From NCBI RefSeq assembly GCF_006345805.1, contig NC_042997.1, forward strand, positions 40,858,001-40,922,000: a DNA stretch of 64,000 nucleotides, read 5' to 3'. Within the stretch, counting starts at the first letter, position 1; the number at the start of each line of letters is the position of its first letter. Position numbers and translations under genes: made by a program. Source of the stretch: Octopus sinensis (taxonomy: Eukaryota). The notes beneath the pieces are model-generated. The model was not told the DNA's origin. It did no database searches and was given only the letters and a program-made list of their open reading frames with translations. Positions 1-13,629 of this stretch are shown here, one piece after another.

Positions 1-77
1 GTTCAGCTCCATTCTTTCCTATACTATGTATATATATATATATGTATATATATATATGTATATGTATATATATGTAT

Positions 78-3000
78 CATCATCATCGTTTAACGTCCAT
101 TCTCCATGCTAGCATGGGTTGGATGGTTCAACCTGGGATGTGGGAAGCCAGAAGGCTGCACCAGGCTCCAGTCTTATCTGGCAATGTTTCTACAGCTGGA
201 TGCCCTTCTTAACGCCAACCACTCCGTGAGTGTAGTGGGTGCTTTTTACGTGCCACCTGCACAGGTGCCAGGCGAGGCTGGCAACGGCCACGGTCGGATT
301 GGTACACTTTACATGCCACCGGCACAGAAGCCCGTCGAGGTGGCACTGGCATACAGCCACAATTTGGATGGTGCTTTTTATGTGCCACCGGCACGGAAGC
401 AAGTCGAGGCGGCGCTGGCATCGGCCACGATTCGGATAGTGCTTTTTACATACCACCAGTCCAGAGGTCCTGGCATCTGCCGGGTGCCAGTCATAGGATT
501 GATTCAATTTCGATTCCGATTTCGATTTTAATTTCACTTGCCCCAACAGGTCTTCGCAAGCAAAGGGGGGTTGGCATGGGAGCCTGTCGTCGGATGAGGT
601 TCGATATCAACTTCGATTGCCTCAACAGGTCTTTGTGTGTCGAAGGGAGGAAAGGCATGCATAAGTGGGCTGCACAGCATATTTCCAAAGGTCTCGGTCG
701 CTGGTCATTTCCTCAGTGAGGCCTAAAGTTCAAAGGTCGTGCTTCACCACCTCGTCCCAGGTTTTCCTGAGTCTACCCCTTCCACGGGTTCCCTCAACTG
801 CTAGGGATTGACACTTTTTCACACACCTATCTTCATCCATTCTCGGCACATGACCATACCAGCGCAATCGTCTCTCTTGCACACCACAACTGATGCTTCT
901 TAGGTCCAACATTTCTCTCAAGGTACTAACGCTCTGTCGAGTATGCACACTGACATTACACATCCATCGGAGCATACTGGCTTCATTCCTCGCGAGCTTA
1001 CGCATGTCCTCAGCAGTCACGGCCCATGTTTCATTGCCATGTAGCATGGCTGTTCGTACACATGCATCATACAGTCTGCCTTTTACTCTGAGCGAGAGCC
1101 CTTTAGTCACCAGCAGAGGTAAGAGCTCCCTAAACTTTGCCCAGGCTATTCTTACTCTAGCAGTTACACTTTCAACGCACCCACCCCCACTACTGACATG
1201 GTCACCTAGATAACGGAAGCTATCAACTACTTCTAGGTTTTCCCCCTGGAAAGTAACGGAAGTTGTTTTCTGCAGATTTTCAGAGTTTATTGCTCCTGAG
1301 CATCTGCCACATACAAAAACTATCTTCCCAGTTAGCCTTCCTTTGACATTGCTGCACCTCTTATGTGTCCATAGCTTACACTGGGTACATCTTATAGAGT
1401 TTCTACCTACACCTTTTCTACAGATTGAGCAGGGCCATCTCCCTGAAGACATTTGTGATTTGTCTACCTTCCTACTTATTAGGACTTTGGTTTTAGCTAG
1501 ATTGACTCTAAGGCCCCTCGATTCTAAACCCTCCTTCCACACCTGGAACTTCTCCAGTTCTGATAGTGACTCAGCAATTAGAGCAAGATCGTCAGCATAG
1601 AAGAGCTTCCAGGGGCAACCTGTCTTGAATTCCTCCGTAATTGCCTGGAGGACTATGATAAATAGGAGGGGGCTGAGTACTGAACCCTGGTGGACCCCAA
1701 CCTCTACTTTGAATTCTTCTGTGTACATGTTGCCAACCCTAACCTTACTTACGGCATCCCTGTACATGGCTTGCACAGCCCTCACCAGCCATTCATCTAT
1801 CCCTAGTTTCCTCATTGACCAGCAGATAAGGTATCGGGGGCCCTGTCAAAGGCTTTCTCCATGTCAACGAAAGCCAGGTACAGGGGCTTATCTTTGGCTA
1901 GGTATTTCTCCTGCAGCTGTCTCACCAGAAATATGGCATTAGTGGTGCTTTTCCCTGGCATGAAACCAAACTGCATCTCGTCCAAGTTGACTCTCTCCTT
2001 AATAAGTTGGGCTATGACCCTCTCTGTAACCTTCCTTACCTGATCCAACAGCTTGATACCTCTGTAATTATTTGTACCTAGGTCGTCTCCTTTACCTTTG
2101 TAGCAGTTGACTAGTATGCTGCTACACCAGTCATTGAGTATGACTCCTTCGTGTATCACCTGGTTAACTATACGGGTGACTAGGTTATAGCCGACACTGC
2201 CTGATATTTGGAGCATCTCTGCAGTAATTCCTGATGGGCCTGGGGCTTTCCCTGTCTTCATGCTTCTAATTGCCTTAACTACCAAAGAATTGTTAACTTG
2301 GATGGCTAGTCCCTCTGTTGGGTTGACAATCGGCAGACTCTCTTTATCCCATTCATTTTCTTTATTCAGCAACCTTTCATAGTGGCATCTCCAAACCTCT
2401 CTCTTTGCATCCTCATTTAGCGCAAGTGAACCATCATTCATGCAGACACATTTCTCTCCTACCACATCACGATTCTCTCTCACACACTGTCTTGCAACGC
2501 GAAATACCTCAAGTCTTTCATCCTCATGGTGCAGAACATTGGCAAATTTTTTCTTATCCGCTTCCCCTCTGGCTAAATAAACCTGTCTCCTAGCTTCCCT
2601 TCTTGCTGTCTGATACAATTCCCTGATACCACCGTTCTTCCAGTCCCTCCAAGCCTGTTTCTTTTGTCTAATAGCCCTGTCAACCACATTGTTCCACCAC
2701 CACGTTACTCTAGTTCGAGATGGGACTTTGCTCCATCCACAGATCTGGTCAGTGGCTGTCAGCAGATTGTCCCATAGAAATCTCCAGTTGTCTTCCACAT
2801 TAAGTGAAAGTATATCCCCTTCTATTTCGTCAAAGGCTTCGAGTAGTATGTCTCTAAATCTCTGTCCATTTGCAGGATCTTTAAGCTCCCAGACCCTTCT
2901 CCTCCATGCTGGTCTTCTTCTGGGCAACCATTTAGCTCTGATCCTGAAGTCGCTAACTATTAATCTATGTTGAGGAGTACATTCTTCGCCTGGAAAGGTT

Positions 3001-3453
3001 TTGGCATTTATAAGCAGCCCTCTTTCCCTCTTTCTGGTGAGGATGTAGTCAATCTGGCTAGTGTCTGCCAGAACGGTAGGTGACTAGGTGAGAGGTGGGT
3101 TTCCTGAAGTTGGTATTGCAAACCATAAGGTCATTTGCATTGCAGAACTCCAGCAGCCTGGTTCCCTCCTCATTTCGAGAGCCAAAACCGTAGCCTCCAT
3201 GAACGCCATGGAAGCCCCCGACATGCCGTCCAACATGTCCATTGAAATCACCTGCCACAAAGAGAAGGTCACTGTCATTTGTCAACGAGGTAGTCCGCAA
3301 TAGGGTGTCGTAGAATTGGTCTTTCTGTCCTTCCGGTAGCCCTGGTTGAGGGGCATATGCTGAAATGATGGTAGCTGACCTATGTTGAAGCACTAATCTA
3401 ATCTTAAGTACTCTGTCACTTACTCTGACTACCTCGATTACCTTATCTCCTCG
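78..3453 (-). mobile_element. RTE-clade LINE, 5'-truncated, frameshifted (end of APE endonuclease, RT, 3' tail ending in (ATG)n)
   Basis: ORFs 3058-3393 (ISAYAPQ..VAGDFNGHVG, APE), 1812-2927 (KAPGPSG..NYRGIKLL..QFGFMPGKSTT..AFVDMEKAFD) and 730-1815 (GVHQGSVLSPLLF..YADD..YLG..RLRWYGH) are pieces of one pol broken by frameshifts; (CAT)n at 78-86 marks the tail. Confidence 0.92.
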
Positions 3454-3859
3454 ATTATATGTATATGTATATATATGAAAATTCTAAATATACATAATTG
3501 AAAAAGAAAATAATACTTCAATAAATAAATACTATAAAATTAAATAAAAAACACAAAGCTATTACAAGTCATTAAATTGTAACCAAAATAAGAAATGTTT
3601 CAAATATAGACAAACTCCTTACATAAGCTAATATAATAAATATACATGTGTAGTATCTATAGATTTCATGTTACAAACTATAACAAAATAGACTAAATAT
3701 CAAATAATATAATACCTAATTAACTTCAATTTAGTATTACAAATACAAATTCCTCTATATATCAATAAATAATATAATATATTGTATAACATATATATAT
3801 ATATATTATATATATATATATATAATATATATATATATAATAGCAAGAATAATATGTTA

Positions 3860-4480
3860 ATGGAAAGTAAGAAACCTATCAACCCCAAAGTAAAGAAAGG
3901 TGCTAAAATATTCAAACCAAAGAACAATACCCTATGAAGATGTACAATCACAATCACCAGTCCTCTACCAAACCAGTCAATTACATTAACAATAATAAAA
4001 ACGATCAAAGTCAAAATAATAGCAAAAACTAACTAATATTGATAAGCAAACTAAATTACTAAGTTCAACGATTCTGGTTAATCTATCTAGATTTTAAAAG
4101 GATAAACATCTAATTAATCAACTCAATTAATTTCATTCATGAAAATACAATCAAAAGTTTGAAAAAGTACAAATACACTAAAATCCATTATATAAACTCG
4201 TTATATTAATATCCATGTATAAAATCTATAGATTTAATATATCACACGATAAAAAGTTAAACATAAATATTATATTAAAATAAAAACTAGTATATTTTAA
4301 AAAATTGTACTAATAGAAAATTAGAATTATATAAAAAGAAACTTTATAATTTCTTCAAAAGAAATGTTTTAAGTACTACTATATATAATGTGAAATATAA
4401 TGTTAATTATTTAGATGTTAACATTAATTTAGTAACGGGTAAAACCCAACCATTCCATAAAATTACTGAAAATCTTAGAC
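3860..4480 (+). mobile_element. Highly decayed Penelope-like remnant
   Basis: 4390-4480 encodes VNYLDVNINLVTGKTQPFHK, resembling the Penelope RT segment at 26591 (VTYLHVNLNLVIGNHNPLHK); boundaries approximate. Confidence 0.4.
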
Positions 4481-6102
4481 TTTGCACCATCCACAGATCT
4501 GGTTGGTGGCCCTTAGCAGGTTGTCCTGTAGGAACCTCCAGTTGTCTTCTATATCATGTGAAGCTACATCCCCTTCTATTTAGTCAAAGGCTTCGATTAA
4601 TATGTCTCTAAATCTCTGTCCATCTGCAGGATCTTTAAGTCTCCAGACCCTTCTTCTCCTTGCTGGTTGTCTTCTGGGCATCCATTTAGCCCTGATCCTG
4701 AAGTCACTAACTACTAGTCTATATTGTGGAGTACATTTTCACCTGGGAAGGTTTTGGCATTTATAAGCAGCCATCTTTCCCTTTTTCTGGTGAGGATGTA
4801 GTCAATCTGACTAGTGTGTCTGCCAGAGCGGTAGGTGACTAGGTGGCTGGCAGGTTTTCTGAAGTTAGTATTGCAAACCATAAGATCATTTTCATCACAG
4901 AACTCCAGCAGCCTGGTTCCCTCCTCATTGCAGGAGCCAAAACCGTAGCCTCCATGTATACCATGGAAGCTCCTGACATGTTGTCCAACATGTCCATTGA
5001 AGTCGCCAGCCACAAAGAGAAGGTTCCTGTCATTCGTCAATGCGGTAATCTGCAAGAGGGTGTCATAAAATCGGTCTTTCTGTCCATCGGGTAGCCCTGG
5101 CTGAGGGGCATAGGCTGAGATAATGGTTGCTAACCCATGATGAAGCATTAATCTAATCTTAAGTATTCTGTCGCATCCTCTGACTACCTCAGTTACTTTA
5201 TCTGCCCATTTATCCACAAGAAGTTTACCCACACCCCCAACCCCGTCAGTGTTCCTTGCCCAGAAAATCTTGTACCTGTGTTCTTTGCCTGTGAGGAACC
5301 TAGCAGAACCTCCTCTCCACCTTACTTCTTGGATGCAGCACATATCGACGCATCTCCATTCAAGCATCTCAACAATCTCACCAGACCTACCTTTCAGTGT
5401 GCAGACGTTGAGAGTGCCAACCCTGAGGGTGTGGGAGGTATGGGCCCTAGAGACCCTGGGACGGGGGTTAGTGGCGTCATGTACCTGAAAAGAGAGCTCG
5501 CATTTGGCAGAATTCATAAGCAAACAATGATCTTAATAAGTTCAACCTGCTTACACTAAACTATCATGTTTTGCACTGTATTATCACTACCTTATATAGT
5601 AGGGGTGGTGTTGGTGTAAGGCCTTTAGGAGTTCATGGGAGACAAGCAAAGGAAGACGAGATAGGGACTTTCGGTACAGGTGGAAAGGGTGGGAGGGCTT
5701 AGGTACCTCCAGGAACTGGCAACCATGGGCTAGGAATTAAGAGACAGAAAAGGCCGACAGGTAGATAGGCAAATAGGGTAGGAATTAAATAGACAGAATG
5801 ATAGCCGATAAGTGAGGGAGAAAGACAAGATGAGCGACAAAATTAAAGACGAAAGACTGTGTGATCGTGTGATAAATTTTCATGAGTGAAAGACTATGTT
5901 GCAAATTACGGAAGTGTGTGACCTAGGGTTTAAGACGAAAAGACATCAACAGTAAGACGGAAAGACAGAATAGGAAGAAAATAATAAGGGTCTATGATGA
6001 TAATACTCGCAAAAATACAATGAAACGAGGAGCAAGTTGAAAGCTTAAAATCTCTTATCTGAAATTTTTCATCCTCTGAGAATCGTGTTTACAGCCAGGG
6101 TT
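4480..6102 (-). mobile_element. RTE LINE 5' portion (5'UTR plus APE endonuclease), same family as 13630-17850
   Basis: ORF 4714-5523 (VGTLNV..IQEVRW..SAYAPQ..GDFNGHVG..QIDYIL) is nearly identical to ORF 16068-17315; 5520-6100 aligns with 17320-17845. Confidence 0.9.
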
Positions 6103-6465
6103 AATCAGTATATATATAAATATGTATGTATGTATATATGGTGCATTTTAAAACGTTTCTTGTAATTTTTCTTTCATGTATATATCACTCATATGGCAGT
6201 GATGTCTGCTTCACACAGTTTACCTGCTTACCACATCACATGACTGAGGCTGATAATCATGTGATAAGTAATTTCTAACAGGTTAAGCTGTTCAAGGAAA
6301 GAAACTTGGTTATTCAGTTGAAGAAGGCTTCCAGTGCTAAATGGCCTCTCGTAAATACTTTAGAGCCAGCCAACGCTATAACTCTTGGTTCGACATTATT
6401 GGACATAAGAAAATAAAACAGTTATTTCAAGAAATTTCTCTTTAAAGAATGATTAGTAGAAAATG

Positions 6466-7250
6466 TAAATCATCATCATCATCATCATTTAACATCCACT
6501 TTCCATGCTGGCATGGGTTGGATGGCTTGACTGAAAGTGATAGGCTGGAGAGCTGCACCAGGTTCCAGTCAGATTTGACACAGTTTCTACAGCTGGATGC
6601 CTTTCCATATGCCAACCTCTCCAAGAGTGAAATGGGTGCTTTTTATGTGACACCAGCATCGTCTACGATTTCATTTGGTTTGATGAATCTTCTCAAGCAT
6701 GGTAAATTGCCAGAGGTCTCAGCAACTTATCATCTCTGTGTGGATCAAAGTTTGTAAGGTACATTTTGTGTAACACTGGCATAAGCCACAACTACAATTT
6801 CACTTGGCTTGATGGCTCTTCTTAAGCACAGAATATTGCCAAAGGTCTCAGTCACTAGTCATAGCCTCCATGAAGCTCAATGTTCGAGGATCATGCTTCA
6901 CCACCTCGTCCCTCGTCCCTTGGGTCTATCTCTTCCACATGTCCCCTCCACAGTGAAGTCTTCTCTCTTGCACACCACATCTGATGCCTCTTGTGCACCA
7001 TTCCAGATAAGGGATTGGGGGACTCTGTCAAAAGCTTTCTTTATGTCAATGAAGGCCAAGTACAGAGGTTTATCTTTGGCTAGGTACAGAGGTTTATTTC
7101 CCGCAGCTGTCTTACCAGAAATATAATGTCAGTGGTGCTACTCCCTGGCGCAAACCCAAACTGCATCTCGTCTAAACTAACTCTCTCCCTAATTATTTGG
7201 GCTATGACCCTCTCCATGACTTTCATCACCTGATCCAACTATTTGATAAC
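6466..7250 (-). mobile_element. Rearranged RTE fragments (3' tail plus RT piece)
   Basis: (CAT)n tail motif near 6470; RT segment QFGFAPGRSTTD at about 7130-7175 on the minus strand; internal deletions. Confidence 0.75.
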
Positions 7251-7834
7251 TCTCCAATGTCTGTTTATTTGTGGGGTGTGGGGACACTTTATACCTTCAT
7301 ATTAATTAGAATATGAACAATAGTCATGTTTACAATGTATCAGATAAATAATTATAATTATCCTTTGTTAGGGAATCACAGAGTGAGACAAGAATATTTT
7401 ATCAACAGCCATAAATTAAACATCATCATCATCATCCTTGTTTTCACATTCATTGTTCCCTGCTTGCATGGGTGAGATTAGTTTATTGAGGCAGACTTTC
7501 TATAGCTTGATGCTCTTCCTGATGCTGACCCTCATCTGTTTCCAAGCAAGGTAATATTCCCCCTGGCCAGACGTGGTTTCCACAGAAGACAGGAAACAAA
7601 CAACCTCACTTGTATGCTGGGGATGCTCGTTTACAGCCATCACATGATGTCAAGACAAGAGTACAAACACACACACACACACACACAGTACATATTTGAG
7701 GGTCCCTTGTATCAGTTTCTATCTCCCAAACCAGTTTACACGGCTTTGGTTGGCTCAGGGCCATACTAGAAGATATTTGCTTGAGTTGCCTTACATTGGG
7801 ATTCAACATACTTACTTGTACTTGTGACGGCATT

Positions 7835-10800
7835 CACCCAGGGCGGGTTAAGCCGGCTTCTTCTCTGGTCCTAACGGCATCACGAACCATGGCAGGCCAC
7901 ACTTGACAGTCCTGTGCGAGGTCACTGGAAATAGCGAGCCATTCATGGTTCCATCTGCACAGACCGATCACCTGACCTGCGTACCTGACAGTTCAGAGAG
8001 GTCCTCCTTTAACGTGGTTGCCCAGGTCTTCACATGCCCGCTCATGCATTTGTGCCAGCTGAGTAGTGGTGGTGGGAGGCAGACATCGTGAATCAGCTCA
8101 CTCTCTGGACATTGGGCCACATGACCGACCCACCTTAAGCGCCATTGTAGATGCAGCGATGGGAAGGGTGGGAGATTCAGGCGATGACGAAGACCGGCTG
8201 TAGGAACCCGATCAATGTGTCGGTAGTGAAGAATGCAACGGAGACAATCCCTGTCGAACACCTCCAGCCTTTGCTGATCGACTGCCCTCATAGGCCATGT
8301 TTCACAACCATAATGGAGGACAGTATGAACAACAACCTGGTAGATTCGCCCTTTGGTCACCAAGGAGATCTCTGTTCTGTCCCACAGGCACCGCTGGAGG
8401 TGCATGAATGTGGATCTGGCAGCTCCTATGTGATGCTCGAATTTGGCTGCGCCCTGGCCCGTTGGAATCACCGTTGAACCCAGGTAAATGAAGGAATCCA
8501 CATCCTCCAGCTCCATGCCCTTGAGAACGATTGGCTGCCATTCATCTGCTGTGACCAGAGACCTCATCACTTTGGTTTTGCCAGTATTGATCCGAAGACC
8601 AACAGCTGATACATGCACCCTTTTGAGAGCAACTTGGACATCTGCCCGGTTAGTGCCCCAGAGTGCAATGTCATCTGCATAGGCCAGGTCTGTTACCACG
8701 ACTCCTCTCCCAGCCTCTATGCCTGGGTAGTCCCGAAGCACAGTGTTGAGAATGTAACTGATGGCGTATTTGAATAGGGTTGGCGAGTGCGCACAACCCT
8801 GTCGAACACTGGTAGTGACATATAACGACTCTGTCACCCCACCATAGACCCTCACACGAGCCCTCGTTGAATGTTAGTAGCCCTGTATGAGGTTTAGCAG
8901 CTTCACAGGGATAACGTCCGCCTGCATAATATGCCAGAGGGCTTCCCGATTCACCGAGTCAAAGGCAGCCGCAGAATCAATGAACCAGAGAACGGTAGGT
9001 TGTTGGTGCACCCACCACTGTCCCAGGACTCGCCGGAGACTGAAGATTTGATCAACACACCCTCTCCCACGATAGAAGCCACCCTGAGAAGGACGAGTAC
9101 AGACATTACGGATGGCCTGGATCCTCTTCAGAAGAAGAATTGCAAACATGTTGGCAGCCACATCGATCAAGCTGATGCCTCTATAGTTGGAGGCAGCTTT
9201 CTATCACCTATTTTGAAGAAAGGTAAAGGAGTTGCCTCACTCCAGTCATCAGGAAAACCCTCCATCACCCACACAGCACAGAAGACACGATGGAGCCAGG
9301 CTGCAAAGACATCAGGCTTGGCCTTGTAGATCTCAGCTGGGACACCATCCTCACCAAGGGCCTTGTTGTTCCGGAGATTTTTCAGGATACCGCGCATCTC
9401 CTCAGCAATTGAAGGGGCAGGGTTGCACCCGTACTCTTCTCCAGGCGGCTGCGCGACGGTTGTCGTAGATGGAGGTAGGTGGCACAGCCGGTCACTGAAG
9501 TTGGTAATGACCACACTGTTCCGATCACAGATCGTCTCGCTGACACCCAGATTGCTACGGCTGGCCTGCTTCACTAGTTGGTAAAGCTTGCATGGCCGCA
9601 TGTGGCTGCCCTCTCCGTCTAACCCATAAATGCACGCCAGTCTGTATTTTGATCGGCCCAGATGGCCCGAGAGGCTTGACGACGTAGATCTCGCAGATTT
9701 GGCACCCCCTCGCGCTAAGCCACCCTAGTCCTCTCCACGAGTTCAAGAGTGTCACTGGAGATCCAGTCCCTTGGACAGCGGCGAGTAGACCAGAGGTATT
9801 TTCAGGCCACCTCAACTGTCACCTCCTTCAGTGCGCACCACTCCCCCAGCTGCTGTTCCACCACATCACCAAGCAACTGGAATCGGTTTCACAGCTCCAA
9901 CTGGAAACCATTGCCAGCATTGAGTTTGAGTTGCAAGATGTCAATTCTCTTCTTATGGTTAGGAGGAGGTTTTGCCTGCATCCACAAACGAAGGATTGCC
10001 CGAACAAGAGTATGGTCTGACCCATGCTCGCTGCCCGTATCAGCCCCGCGATATGCATGAGTGTCCACCACTGAGCTAGCCGAGCCGGACCTAACCAGTA
10101 TGTAGTCGATCTGATTGGCTGTTCTCCCGTCATTGGACCGCCAAGTGACGAGATGGCGTAGAGGATGTTGGAACCAAGTATTGGTAACAATGAGACGATT
10201 GGCATTTGCGAAGGATATGAGCCGTTCACCATTGTCACAGCGGCATGGCGTCCCAGAATATGTCGCATTGTATCATCAGCCGGCCCTTTTCGTGCATTCC
10301 ACTCCCCAGCAACAATGAGAACATCAATGGATGGGACACCATCCACGGCAGCCTGGAGATCAGTGTAGAACTGCACCTCGTCCACACCTCGTAGACAGCA
10401 ATCTCACGACATTGGCGATTTGACCCCTCAATCGAACCAGCACAAGTCGGTGTGAAATCGGTTGCCACGCCAGCAGAGCCGCTTGCGCGTCAGGGCTGAC
10501 CACCACCGCAAACCTATGAAGACCACTGTTGTCGGTCACGCCACTATGATATAGGTGATAACTGACATCCTCGTCCGGCACCTTAATAGGAAGATGGCCA
10601 ACATCAGCGAGTTGGACCTCTGAAAGGCAAGCAACATTCACGTAGTACTTGTGCAAAGCCTTCATTGTTGGCGACTGGACACCGTTGTCGCGAAGGGTTC
10701 TGATGTTCCAGCACGGTACCTTCAGTTCTGTCTTACATTTAAAGAGCAGGACTACTCCAGGAGTAGTTTGAAGAGCCATACCAGTTTGAGGGTTGTTGAT

Positions 10801-11230
10801 TGGTTGCATAGGTAGATAATTCGTATTCGTATTTATTGCCATGGTAGTAGTAGGATTCATAGAAGTTTCGTGGGAATATTGAATTCACAAGTGGTCCCCG
10901 ATATCCTACATGCATATCCTGAGAGACGGGATGCGTTGTTTGCTGTGGAGTCTCCACAGATGCAGGGACCGAATGACCTCAAAGCCGCCAGTTGCCAATC
11001 AGACGCCTCTTGGAATTTTCACCAGAGTCCTGTTTGCCAGTCTGCAGCCCTAATACCACTTGGTGCCAAACCAATCCACCAGGAACTAAAGTTCCCGACG
11101 GCATAGCTCTGACACTGCCCTTTTACACCACCCTACCGCTTTGAGGAGGGGTTGAACCTTTAGGGATTCAACCTGGTTGGAAATGAAGCTTTTTAACCAC
11201 AAATCCATGGCTGTGCCCATAAATGAATAA
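7835..11230 (-). mobile_element. Second RTE-clade LINE family, near full length but heavily frameshifted
   Basis: ORFs 10360-10860 (CWNIRTL..LSEV, APE), 9167-9601 (NNKALGEDGVPAE), 8874-9170 (FYRGRGCVDQIF..AAFDSV) and 7968-8855 (VRQGC..YADD..FIYLGS..RLRWVGH); GC-richer than its flanks. Confidence 0.88.
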
Positions 11231-11334
11231 TAGGACTCAGATAAAAGTTGACTGAAGGAGGAAAAATCTTAATTAGCCGCTGAAATAAATCATTTAAATT
11301 TTCACTAAAATATCAAGCAAATAACAAGTCCTAC

Positions 11335-11514
11335 CTCTGCTTTTACTGATTCCAAACACCGTTTCTAGATGAAGCTTAAAAGCTCTGACAACTTCCTTCC
11401 GTACATCAATCAAACAAATATGTTTTATTTTAGAATTTGAGTGAGTATCAAGATATTCCTTTATAGCTGTTACTGTACATTTGGTTCCCTTTTCTATGGG
11501 TATACCATAAATAC
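11335..11514 (-). CDS. PARP14-like: Macro-PARP exon, C-terminal part of a macrodomain (GIYGIPIEKGTKCTVTAIKEYLD..ICLIDVRKEVVRAF)
   Basis: Acceptor tttattacAG at 11516-11515, putative donor GTAGGA at 11334; 180 nt, phase 1-1; completes the PAISTG|IYG motif in frame with the exon at 22083. Confidence 0.8.
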
Positions 11515-12164
11515 CTGTAATAAATAAAGTATACAACATATTTAATCCAACAATTGTTCTTACTCAAAATATATATAATTAACCTGTGATATAATTTCAG
11601 TAATTTATCAGCTGCAATGCCAAGAAGCAATACAATTCCATCATTTAGAAGAATATTCTTTAATAGACAGGGGGGAACTTTCTAGGTGCAATACCATGGC
11701 CATTCATGACCGAGGGGGAGGGTCTTTAGTCCCCATTAATTTACAATGGTATTTAATAAGATATAAGTTTGTCTCCCTCTCTCTCGTGTTGAACACATTT
11801 TCTTTTCTTTGTTGTTCGTTCAGTTAAATAATAATAATAATAATAATAATAATGATAATCATGGAAATTGAATGATGTTGTTGCCTAAGATAACCTTAGC
11901 TCACGCATTTTCTTAACTGCAACATATTCATTCATTCATCTATGAAAGTTTATCATACAGTCATTTGTCTCTAATTTTGTCTTCCGCTCTGTAACGAAGA
12001 ACTATATCTCATTCTGTTCTTGGAGAATTCTCTTGTAAATATGTCTACAGAACGTATTTAGCATTGCAAACATTGGCAAAAACATACCTTTAGTTCCTAT
12101 AAGTAATTACTACCAATCCATAAAATACAACCTCTGTCTTCTTACATTTCATTTCCACTACATA

Positions 12165-13446
12165 CGAGGGACGATCAATAAGTAATGCCCCTGACCCATT
12201 TGCAGTTGTTTGATCTTGCTGAAATTGTGCATGTGAAATTATTTCTATCTCTATAGATTAAGTGGCAAATTACAGCTCTGAACTAATTGTGGTTTCTGAT
12301 TTACAGGTGTTTGAACTGAGTCAAGTGTGAAATGGAGCCTGTTGAGTGTCGAGCAGTGATCCGGATTTTGTATTTGAAAGGACGCACACTACGGGAGACT
12401 TTTGATGAAATGAAAGTAACTTATAGTAATGATACCCCATCATATGACCTTGTAAAACGCTGGCATCGTGAATTCAAACATGGTCGGAACTCTGTGGAAA
12501 CAGCTCCCAGATCTGGTTGCCCCCTTTCTGCCATTGATGAGGCATCTGTCCGTAAAGTTGAGGCTGCCATTTTGGAAGATCGACGCATAACTATTCGCCA
12601 AATAGCCTATGACGTCAAGATTAGTACCGGGAAACTATCATTCATGACCATTTGCATATGCAAAAGGTGTCTGCCAGATGGATTCCCAAGTTGCTCACAC
12701 CTTTCCAGAAGCAAGAACGCGTTGAGTGCTCGAGGATGAATTTGGAGATGTGCCAAGAAGATGAGTCAAAATTTTTCTAAAGACTGATTACCCAGGATGA
12801 AACCTGGGTCCATCACTATGATCTAGAGACCAAAGCCCAGTCAATGCAGTGGAAGCACCGTGACTCACCTCCTCCAAAGAAGGCAAGGGTGCAGCCCTCT
12901 GCTGGTAAGGTCATGCTCACAGTCTTCTGGGACCAGGACGGAATAGTGATAAGTTTCCTGGCAAAGGGTTCCACAATTACAGGAGCCTATTATGCTTCAC
13001 TTTTGAGGAAATTAAGAGAAGCTATCAAAATCAAGAGGCGGGGCAAGATCAGCAAAGGCATCCTCCTCCTGCAGGACAACGCTCCGGTCCACAACTCACG
13101 TGTTGCCAGATCAGAAGCACAGGCGTGCGGCTATGAACTCCTCCCCGATCCCCCAACTCTCCTGACCTTGCACTCTCTGATTTTCACCTCTTCCCAGCCA
13201 TGAGGTTGTTTTTGAAAGGAAAGCGTTTCCCAGATGATACAGCCTTGATTTCTGAAGTCACGTCATGGTTGGAGGACCAAGCTGGGGTCCTCTACAAAAA
13301 CGGTCTCCAGAGCTGCATCAAACGATGGGAGAAATGCGTAACTCTGGGTGGTTCCTATGTAGAAAAAGACTAATAACTGTGCCAAGTTTCGTTGCTCTAC
13401 TGCTATGAGAAGTGAGTCAGGGGCATTACTTATTGAACGCCCCTCG
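12165..13446 (+). mobile_element. Complete mariner (D,D34D) transposon with inactivated transposase
   Basis: TIRs CGAGGGACGATCAATAAGTAATGCCCCTGAC / GTCAGGGGCATTACTTATTGAACGCCCCTCG; TA duplication at 12163-12164 and 13447-13448; HTH ORF 12332; DETWVHHYD near 12796; QDNAPVH; frameshifts and an in-frame stop. Confidence 0.95.
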
Positions 13447-13629
13447 TATATCTATTTCCATGCCTTTAAGTTTTATTCCCATTCACCTATCACACTATAT
13501 TTCTCTTAGTTTTCTGCTAATTTCTTTCTTTCTCCTCCTTCTCTTTCTCTAAATTACCTTTCACATTAAACCTATAAACGATTTAAAAAAAAAAGTAACT
13601 TGCCAGTGTTTCCTTCATATACGCAGTAA

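Noticed and set aside
6280-6415. Plus-strand exon-like frame after tttctaacAG
   Set aside because: No donor site and no recognisable protein motif
10900-11230. HDV-like ribozyme at RTE 5' ends (also near 6100 and 17850)
   Set aside because: Only simple hairpins such as GGTTGAA/TTCAACC were seen, with no nested double pseudoknot
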